Source: an uncultured Bacteroidaceae bacterium (GTDB lineage: Bacteria > Bacteroidota > Bacteroidia > Bacteroidales > SM23-62). From it: a stretch of DNA of 64,000 nt. The stretch covers positions 430-64,429 of the forward strand of contig CAYQQR010000021.1 in assembly GCA_964420035.1 (NCBI GenBank), given 5' to 3'. Made by a program: the position numbers and the translations under genes. Below, piece by piece: positions 57,378 through 64,000 of this stretch (position 1 is the first letter of the stretch; the number at the start of each line of letters is the position of its first letter). The notes beneath the pieces are model-generated. The model was not told the DNA's origin. It made no database searches and worked only from the letters and a program-made list of their open reading frames with translations.

Positions 57378-60300
57378 TTAGTAGGTCACGCGCAGACCGA
57401 ATACAAAAGTTCCGGGTACGGGATAACCGCCTGTATCGATGTTGGAAGCAAGCGGACTGGCTCCTCCTGCCTCCGGATCCAACCCGGAATAGTTGTTGAA
57501 AACAAATCCAAGGTTGTTGGCAGATAAATAGAGGTTAACACCCGTCATCCTGAATTTCTGAGCGATTCTCCGGGGCACGGAATAGGAAAGTTGTATATCC
57601 TGAATCCTCAAAAATGAGGCATCTTCCAGGAACCATGTGGCATTCCTGGAATTCAGGTTCGGGTCCAGGGTGGCCACCCGTGTGTATTCATTCGTTGGAT
57701 TGCTTGGGAACCAGGCATTTTCGATCACCGAATTCAGCTTGTTGATATCCCGGTTGCTGGCATCGGTTCCAATGGCAATCCGTTCGTTTACCTGGTTGTA
57801 CACATCCATATTCTGCATACCGTTCAGGAAGATATACAGCGACAGGTTCTTCCGGCGGATATTAAAGTTCAGGCCGTATACAAAGTCCGGGATGGGCTTA
57901 CCGATAAGGGTCCGGTCGGCATCATCAATGCGGCCGTCCTTGTTAAGGTCCTTAAAACGGATATCACCCGGGGTAGTTTTGTTGGTCTGGAAGGCATGAC
58001 CCACCAGGGTATAATTACCGTCTCCATCGGTGATCAAATTATCGTTCTCATCCCGGAGGAAATCATCTTCCTGGAAGATACCCTCGGCAACCCATCCGTA
58101 GAAGGCCCCGATGGGATGTCCCACCTCTGTACTGGTAACATCCTGGGTGATGGGCCGGTCCTCGGCCAGCTTCTGGACCTCATTGTTGATGGTTGTCAGG
58201 GTGAGCCCTACGGAATAATCAAAGGGCCCGACCTTATTCTTATGCAACAAACTCAGGTCCAATCCTTTGTTAACCACGTTACCCAGGTTCACCCAGGGTT
58301 GGGCCGCGGTGGCATGGCGGCCGAGAACACGGGAGATGGGCCGGCGAACCAGCATCTTTTGCTGATCCTTAACGTAATACTCGGCACTAAGCTGAATCCT
58401 GTTGTTAAAAGCAAACAAGTCTACCCCGAAATTGGTCATAATGGTTTCCTCCCATTGTATGAAAGGATTGGCAAAACTGGCGTAAATCCGGTTTCCCAGG
58501 TAAGTCTGCTGGTTCGCTCCAAAGACATACTGACTGTTTTTCGGGGGGTCCATGGAGTTGATCCACACATAGTTGTTAAAATTCTCATTCCCTGTGATAC
58601 CCCAACCTAAACGCACTTTGAGCATATTGATCTCTTCAACATTTTGAAGAAAATCCTCATTGAGTTTCCAGCCGATAGAACCGGAGGGGAACCATCCGAA
58701 GCGGTTCTCGGGACCGAAGCGGGTGGACCCGTCATGCCGCAGGTTGGCTGTAAGCAAGTATTTGCCTTTATAATCATAACTCACCCTGAAGAACTGGGAA
58801 AGGATACGGTGATCTCCTTCACCCCCGCTCATGGAATTCAGTATCTGGGCCTGGGAGAGCACCACCACCTCGGGGTCGGAAAAGTCGTTCCCTGTGGCAC
58901 TGAAGCTTTCGCTGTGCCACGACTGGGCCGAATAGCCCGCCATTCCCAGTACGTTGTGGCCATTGAAATCACGGCTGTAAGTCAGATAGGTCTCACCCAG
59001 CCACATCAGCAATTCGTTGGAGCTCTGGGACCGGGTGCTTATCGGGTTGCTCCGGTTACCGATGTTTCCCAATACGTATTGCGGTATGAATGTGGATGTG
59101 GTGGTATGGGCCTTTTCAAAACCCAGGTTGGCTCTGAAAATCAGGCCCCGCGTAATCCTGTAGTTGGCGTTCACATTACCGAAAACAGAAAGGTTGTTCT
59201 GGTAGTAGTCACGCAACTCCGATTCTGCAATGGGGTTTGAACGGTCGTTGTTCCCAGTAATCGAGTCGGTCGGACCTGCATAACCCAGACCTTTTTTGGC
59301 CAGGGGTTCGTAAATCTTCATAAAGGGGGAGGGATCGATGGCAGAATTGAAATTCCCCCCCGAACCTTCCGAACGGCGGTAACGGGTTACAAAACTCTCC
59401 CCGATATTCAGGCGGTCGGTGACTTTAAAGTCGGAGTTTATTCTTAGTACATAGCGGTCGTAACGGCTGTAGTTAATATTACCTTCCCCCGTAAAATAGT
59501 TTCCGGAAATGCTGTAGGTGGCATTGTCGTTTCCTCCGGAGAGGCGCAGATGGTAATTCTGTTCCCAGGCAGGATGTACCATCTCATCCTGCCAGTCGGT
59601 GTTCGTATTGTGGGTGGCGATCACCGAATCAGAATAGGCAATGGGCTTCTCGACCCCGGCGGTATGGGCATAAGCGCTGTCAATCCAGAGCTTGTAATTT
59701 TCTGCATCCATCAGGTCCAGCCTTCCGGGCAGATTAACCCGCCGCGTCTGCATTTCAAAGGTGACCGTAGTTTTCCCGGCCTGTCCTTTCTTGGTCTCGA
59801 CAAGGATCACCCCGTTGGCACCGCGTGCACCGTAAATAGCCGATGCGGAAGCATCTTTCAATACCTGGAAAGACTCGATGTCATCCGGGTCGATGGAATT
59901 CAGATCACCCCCCGGCACCCCATCCACGACGATCAGGGGATCGGGATTGGCATTTATGGAACCGATTCCCCGGATGCGGATGGTTGCATTGGACCCCGGC
60001 TCTCCGCCGGTTTGTTTGACATAAACACCAGAGGCTTTACCCTGAAGGGCCTTACTCAGACTGATGGCATTGGACCGTTCAAGGTCGCCTGCACTGACGA
60101 CAGTGACGGCCCCGGTAAGATCTTCTTTCTTCTGGGTGCCGTAGCCGATGACGACGATCTCATCGAGTTCCGTGACCTCGGGATCCAGTGTTACATCGAC
60201 CACGGACCGGTTGCCCACCTCAATTTCCTGGGTTTCCAATCCTATAAAGGAAAATACCAGAACATCATCCGGGCTGCCGACCTGGATGGAGTATTGTCCA

Positions 60301-60479
60301 TCAACGTCGGTGATGGTCCCCCGTGTGGTCCCTTTGATCTGTACCGTACCCCCTACCAGGGGCTGGCCGTTGGAACCGTCGGTAACCGTCCCGGTGACGG
60401 TTCTTTCCTGGGCCGCTGCTGTGTGGGTAAAACAGATGAGCAGTGTTGCAAGCACCAGGAACCTGACGATAAAATTCAT
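57378..60479 (-). CDS. SusC/RagA family TonB-dependent outer-membrane receptor
   Basis: N-terminal CarboxypepD_reg domain (VTGTVTDGSNGQPLVGGTVQIKGT), TonB box DEIVVIGYG, C-terminal barrel ending in Y. The alternative start at 60494 is possible. Confidence 0.9.
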   Translation of the reverse strand: MNFIVRFLVLATLLICFTHTAAAQERTVTGTVTDGSNGQPLVGGTVQIKGTTRGTITDVDGQYSIQVGSPDDVLVFSFIGLETQEIEVGNRSVVDVTLDPEVTELDEIVVIGYGTQKKEDLTGAVTVVSAGDLERSNAISLSKALQGKASGVYVKQTGGEPGSNATIRIRGIGSINANPDPLIVVDGVPGGDLNSIDPDDIESFQVLKDASASAIYGARGANGVILVETKKGQAGKTTVTFEMQTRRVNLPGRLDLMDAENYKLWIDSAYAHTAGVEKPIAYSDSVIATHNTNTDWQDEMVHPAWEQNYHLRLSGGNDNATYSISGNYFTGEGNINYSRYDRYVLRINSDFKVTDRLNIGESFVTRYRRSEGSGGNFNSAIDPSPFMKIYEPLAKKGLGYAGPTDSITGNNDRSNPIAESELRDYYQNNLSVFGNVNANYRITRGLIFRANLGFEKAHTTTSTFIPQYVLGNIGNRSNPISTRSQSSNELLMWLGETYLTYSRDFNGHNVLGMAGYSAQSWHSESFSATGNDFSDPEVVVLSQAQILNSMSGGEGDHRILSQFFRVSYDYKGKYLLTANLRHDGSTRFGPENRFGWFPSGSIGWKLNEDFLQNVEEINMLKVRLGWGITGNENFNNYVWINSMDPPKNSQYVFGANQQTYLGNRIYASFANPFIQWEETIMTNFGVDLFAFNNRIQLSAEYYVKDQQKMLVRRPISRVLGRHATAAQPWVNLGNVVNKGLDLSLLHKNKVGPFDYSVGLTLTTINNEVQKLAEDRPITQDVTSTEVGHPIGAFYGWVAEGIFQEDDFLRDENDNLITDGDGNYTLVGHAFQTNKTTPGDIRFKDLNKDGRIDDADRTLIGKPIPDFVYGLNFNIRRKNLSLYIFLNGMQNMDVYNQVNERIAIGTDASNRDINKLNSVIENAWFPSNPTNEYTRVATLDPNLNSRNATWFLEDASFLRIQDIQLSYSVPRRIAQKFRMTGVNLYLSANNLGFVFNNYSGLDPEAGGASPLASNIDTGGYPVPGTFVFGLRVTY

Positions 60480-60536
60480 TTGATAGATTCGCATAGGTTA
60501 GCAGTTAGTATGTTAGGAATATGTGACTCGTGAGGT

Positions 60537-60554
60537 AAAACCGGGAAGACCGGT
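60537..60554 (-). terminator. hairpin + T-run downstream of the SGNH pseudogene
   Basis: The minus strand reads ACCGG-tcttc-CCGGT-TTTT. The stem is short (5 bp). Confidence 0.35.
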
Positions 60555-60690
60555 ACAACTGATTAATGTACACCTGCCGGCTGCAGTTCACTTATTAACA
60601 TATGTAAATCAAGTTTATTCAGCCTGAATTTATAATTATTCCAAATAAAAAATTGCCTGAGGGCAGCTTAGAGAACTGTTAAATTTGGAT

Positions 60691-61184
60691 TCAGGGTACC
60701 ACGATCTTCCCTTTTCTGATATATCCGTCTCCGGAATACAAAGTAAAAAGACATAATCCTTTTAGTAAGTAATAGGGATCCAATTTTCATCTCTCTCCCT
60801 GCCGGATCTTTTCCTCAATCAGTAACCGGCCGCTTCCGGATTCATATACCTCAATACTGCCACCCTGGTATTGATTTGTTAACGCCGATCAGCAGGGAGA
60901 CCAGGTTAAAGCCTGTTGGATAGACTGCGTTGAGGTGCAGCTGCAGGTCAAAGGTTCTCCAGCCCGTCGTAGCGATGATCTGAAGGATATCCACCTTGTA
61001 TCCCCATTCTTCAAGCCTGGATGCAAGCTGAACCGGCCAGGGTTCATCAACGCCGGCACTTTCTCCTGTGGTGCAGGAATCTCCCCAGGGCCAGGTACCT
61101 GAAGGGATTTGGGAGCTTCAAAGATTGAGCCTGCAGAACCGGAGCATTGAGCAGCAATAAAATGTACAACCCAATTCTGGTCAT
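60691..61184 (-). pseudogene. SGNH/GDSL hydrolase pseudogene (multiple frameshifts)
   Basis: ATG at 61184 gives MTRIGLYILLLLNAPVLQAQSLKLPNPFRYLALG. The GDSCTTGESAGV...IIATTGW...LLIGVN blocks continue only after a frameshift at the G4 run (61083-61086). The next block NQYQGGSIEVYE needs a second shift near 60875-60880. A stop follows at 60788. The 3' end is uncertain. Confidence 0.6.
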
Positions 61185-61197
61185 GGCGCAAGAATTT

Positions 61198-62046
61198 TTA
61201 GCCAACCGGAGAGGTTCCGACAAAGACCAGATATTGGCGGCGCTTCCGGAACAAATAGCGGATCCAGGCCACGTTGATGGTGTAGAAGACCGTATACAAT
61301 GATTCACGCAGCCAGCCAGAGGATTTGGATTCCCTGATCCACTGCTTGTAATTTTTGAATCCCCGCACCACACGGTCGGTGATATTGATACTGCCCTGAA
61401 GTTTAAGTCTGGAGTTGTTAAAATATTCCATATACCGGTCGAAGGACCAGTGGTGAAGGACCATCTTTCTTTTCCAGAGTTTCCTGATACCGGTCCCTTT
61501 AGTGCGCTTGGTGGTAACCAGGTCGGCAACGAGGAATTTACCCCCGGGCTTTAAAACGCGATAGACCTGTTCCATAAATGCTTCCTTGTCCGGATAGTGG
61601 AATGCGGATTCTATACTCAGGACCACATCTATTGAATCCGATGGTATATGCTCGAGTTTTTGGGCGTCATCCACCATAAACCGCATGTTCTCGATTTTGC
61701 GAATCTTAAGTTGATCGTTGGCGATCTGGATGTTTTCCCGGTTCAGGTCGATACCGTAAGCGAAAGCCGGTTTTGCCTTTTCATGGATGTATTTCAGCTG
61801 CACTCCGTTTCCGCAGCCAATTTCAAGCAAGGTCTTTTGTTCCAGTTCTCCCAGAAGTGAAATGCAGTAATCGGTTAAGTTTGCCTGGGATTTGTAGAAA
61901 GTATCATTTTGTGCTCCTTCCATAGGATAATGGAGCATGGTGTACTCCCCGTTCAGTCTTTTCAGGGTACTGTTCATTGCACTGTAAAAACGACCGGTAG
62001 ATGTACCCGATTCAACAAGTCTGACAAATAGTTTGATAAGATTCAT
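61198..62046 (-). CDS. class I SAM-dependent methyltransferase
   Basis: Motif I LLEIGCGNGVQ and post-I/II motifs (YGIDLN, VLSIESAFH). Confidence 0.8.
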   Translation of the reverse strand: MNLIKLFVRLVESGTSTGRFYSAMNSTLKRLNGEYTMLHYPMEGAQNDTFYKSQANLTDYCISLLGELEQKTLLEIGCGNGVQLKYIHEKAKPAFAYGIDLNRENIQIANDQLKIRKIENMRFMVDDAQKLEHIPSDSIDVVLSIESAFHYPDKEAFMEQVYRVLKPGGKFLVADLVTTKRTKGTGIRKLWKRKMVLHHWSFDRYMEYFNNSRLKLQGSINITDRVVRGFKNYKQWIRESKSSGWLRESLYTVFYTINVAWIRYLFRKRRQYLVFVGTSPVG

Positions 62047-62504
62047 AAAAAAAAGGAATTTTTACTCTTGCAGGTAAGAATGGCTTTTTCAGGATTTTTT
62101 AGGCTTGCAAGGTATTAAATTAAAACGAAATGAAAACATTCAGGTTTGAAAACCAAGCGAGATCTGTTGATTCGCATCTGGCAATAAAGGGATCATAAGA
62201 TATAATCTGTAGAAAGGAAATTGGATTTGTTTATTCCTTTTGAATAATTTTTTCACCCAGCCTGAATTCCGAAGGTATCTTGTCAACTGCGGGGAAAATA
62301 TCCCTGAATCTGTTTGATTCGGTCATAGTTAATTTTTTTGTTGCGAAAAAATAAAAATACAAATAAAAAGATTTCCATTATCTCAATCAGAATCCCCATA
62401 ATGCCGGGTAATATGAAATTTATTGCTAAATTAAATCCGACAAAATCTGCAATGATTCAATAAATGTGGCTATTAACACTCTTTTCCATTAAAATTTAAG
62501 GATT

Positions 62505-63899
62505 ATGGATGTTGAAATTCTCTCGCGTATACAGTTTGCCTTCACGGTCGCGTTCCACTACATCTATCCTCCCATAACCATCGGACTGGGTCTGATAATG
62601 GTGATTATGGAAGGGCGGTATTTAAGGACCGGGAACAAGATCTATGAAACCATGGCCCGGTTCTGGACCCGGATCTTTGCCCTGACCTTTGCCCTCGGGG
62701 TTGCCACGGGGATTGTAATGGAATTTGAATTCGGAACAAACTGGGCCAGATACTCCCGTTACGTGGGGGATGTTTTCGGAAGTGCACTGGCAGCGGAAGG
62801 GATCTTCGCCTTTGCCCTGGAAAGCGGATTCCTGGGGGTCCTGCTTTTCGGCTGGAACCGGGTCGGTCCGAAGGTCCATTTCATCGCCACCCTGGGTGTT
62901 TTTATCGGGTCCATGTTCTCGGCGATATGGATCGTGGTGGCCAACTCCTGGCAACAGACCCCGGCAGGCTATCATATTGTAGGTGAAGGGATGAATGCCC
63001 GGGCCGAGATCACCGATTTCTGGGCCATGGTTTTCAATCCCTCATCGGTCGACAGGATCCTGCACGTCTGGATCGGGGCCTTCCTCGCGGGTGCCTTCCT
63101 GATCATCAGCGTTCATGCGTACTTCCTGTTGAAAGACCGTTATGTGGAACTTTCCCAAAAGGCCCTTAAGATCGCTTTGATGGTTGCCACCGTGGCCGCC
63201 CTGGCCCAGCTGGTGACCGGGCACCAGTCGGCAGACGGGGTGACTGAGAACCAGCCCGCCAAGCTTGCTTCTTTTGAAGGTCATTTTGATAAAGAAGCCC
63301 CGGGTGATCTTTATCTGCTGGGCTGGGTGGATAAAGAACAGCAGGAGGTCAAAGGACTCAAAGTGAAGGGCGGGCTGAGTTTCCTGGTCCACTGGGATTT
63401 CAATGAACCGGTCGCGGGACTGAATGCCTTCCCGGAGGATCAGCGGCCCACGGCCCTGAATGCCATTTTCCAGTTTTACCACATCATGGTGGCCATCGGG
63501 CTGCTCCTGATCCTGATCACCCTGTACGGGACCTTTCAATGGTGGAGAGGAAAGATCTTCAGTAAGCGCTGGTTCCTGTGGGTGCTGGTCTTCGCGGTGA
63601 TCCTGCCTCAAATATCCAACCAGTTCGGCTGGTTCGCTGCAGAGATGGGCCGGCAGCCCTGGGTGGTTTACGGGCACCTGAGAACGGCCGATGCCCTGTC
63701 AGAATCTGTTACCGCCAGCCATGTATGGTTCTCCCTGATCTTTTTCACCTTGATCTATGCCCTGCTCCTGCTGTTGTTTATTTATTTGTTAAACAAGAAG
63801 ATCATAGGAGGGCCCTATGATGAAAGCGAAATTGAGGACCGGCTTCAGCTCAAAGATATTGCCAGGCAATTCGAAAACAGCAAAAAAATAAATTTTTAG
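62505..63899 (+). CDS. cydA: cytochrome bd ubiquinol oxidase subunit I
   Basis: [24 protein letters not shown]-terminus, GRQPWVVYG motif, Q-loop region. Confidence 0.95.
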   Translation: MDVEILSRIQFAFTVAFHYIYPPITIGLGLIMVIMEGRYLRTGNKIYETMARFWTRIFALTFALGVATGIVMEFEFGTNWARYSRYVGDVFGSALAAEGIFAFALESGFLGVLLFGWNRVGPKVHFIATLGVFIGSMFSAIWIVVANSWQQTPAGYHIVGEGMNARAEITDFWAMVFNPSSVDRILHVWIGAFLAGAFLIISVHAYFLLKDRYVELSQKALKIALMVATVAALAQLVTGHQSADGVTENQPAKLASFEGHFDKEAPGDLYLLGWVDKEQQEVKGLKVKGGLSFLVHWDFNEPVAGLNAFPEDQRPTALNAIFQFYHIMVAIGLLLILITLYGTFQWWRGKIFSKRWFLWVLVFAVILPQISNQFGWFAAEMGRQPWVVYGHLRTADALSESVTASHVWFSLIFFTLIYALLLLLFIYLLNKKIIGGPYDESEIEDRLQLKDIARQFENSKKINF

Positions 63900-63902
63900 A
63901 CT

Positions 63903-64000
63903 ATGCAGACCTTCTTAGGAATAGATTACCCCACCTGGTGGTTCCTGGTCATAGGAGCCCTGTTTTCAGGCTATGCCATCCTGGATGGATTTGATCTGGG
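63903..64000 (+). CDS. cydB: cytochrome bd ubiquinol oxidase subunit II (5' partial, runs off the window)
   Basis: MQTFLGIDYPTWWFLVIGALFSGYAILDGFDLG, a typical CydB N-terminus directly after cydA. Confidence 0.8.
   Translation, partial: MQTFLGIDYPTWWFLVIGALFSGYAILDGFDL

Noticed and set aside
59550-60533. 327-aa plus-strand ORF inside the SusC-like gene (plus 57996..58610 and 58644..59240)
   Set aside because: It is antisense to a clear TonB-dependent receptor and has no motifs.
60889-61529. Track ORFs 60889..61191 (100 aa) and 61047..61529 (160 aa) on the minus strand
   Set aside because: The 160-aa ORF overlaps the methyltransferase out of frame, and only its last 45 codons (from the ATG at 61184) are meaningful, as the SGNH signal peptide. 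The 100-aa ORF is the third frame over the pseudogene and has no motif. Both are better explained by the frameshifted SGNH hydrolase.
62231-62326. 31-codon ORF as a real gene or a confident Crp/Fnr remnant
   Set aside because: It is too short, and the similarity rests on a handful of residues. It is mentioned only as a low-interest hypothesis.

Overview
This looks like a chromosomal segment from a Bacteroidota bacterium. Supporting marks are a SusC/SusD pair, a T9SS C-terminal sorting domain, TAnnTTTG promoter boxes, a DUF2723 protein, and an ATP synthase operon split into atpBEFHAG and atpDC. I call about 58 protein-coding genes, almost all housekeeping: an ABC-2 exporter, the yceD-rpmF-plsX-fabH cluster, both atp blocks, carB and carA flanking an argR-GNAT-argG-proC-argE-argH-proB-proA operon, a Na/Pi transporter, a polyprenyl synthase, ggt and cydAB. 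I found no rRNA, tRNA, CRISPR array, transposase or recognisable multi-gene defence island, and I cannot point to a convincing new multi-gene system. The unusual things I can show from the sequence are listed here. (1) A 71-bp double-hairpin element flanked by a TTA duplication splits a secreted CarboxypepD_reg-like gene, and removing it restores the reading frame. A related element lies between proA and carA. (2) Many intergenic spacers are built from 2-8 copy tandem repeats with 7-8 nt units. (3) A signal-peptide-bearing WD40 + caspase-like (His/Cys dyad) fusion protein. (4) A ribosomal protein bTHX homologue carries a roughly 175-aa Lys/Glu/Ala-rich tail with an internal 60-aa duplication. 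(5) A frameshifted SGNH-hydrolase pseudogene. (6) A cluster of odd secreted proteins: an HExxH + PD40 + beta-barrel protein, a C1q-like repeat protein next to a small T9SS-tailed protein, and a GH16-like protein with a non-canonical active-site motif. All family assignments come from motif recognition by eye. No database search was run.
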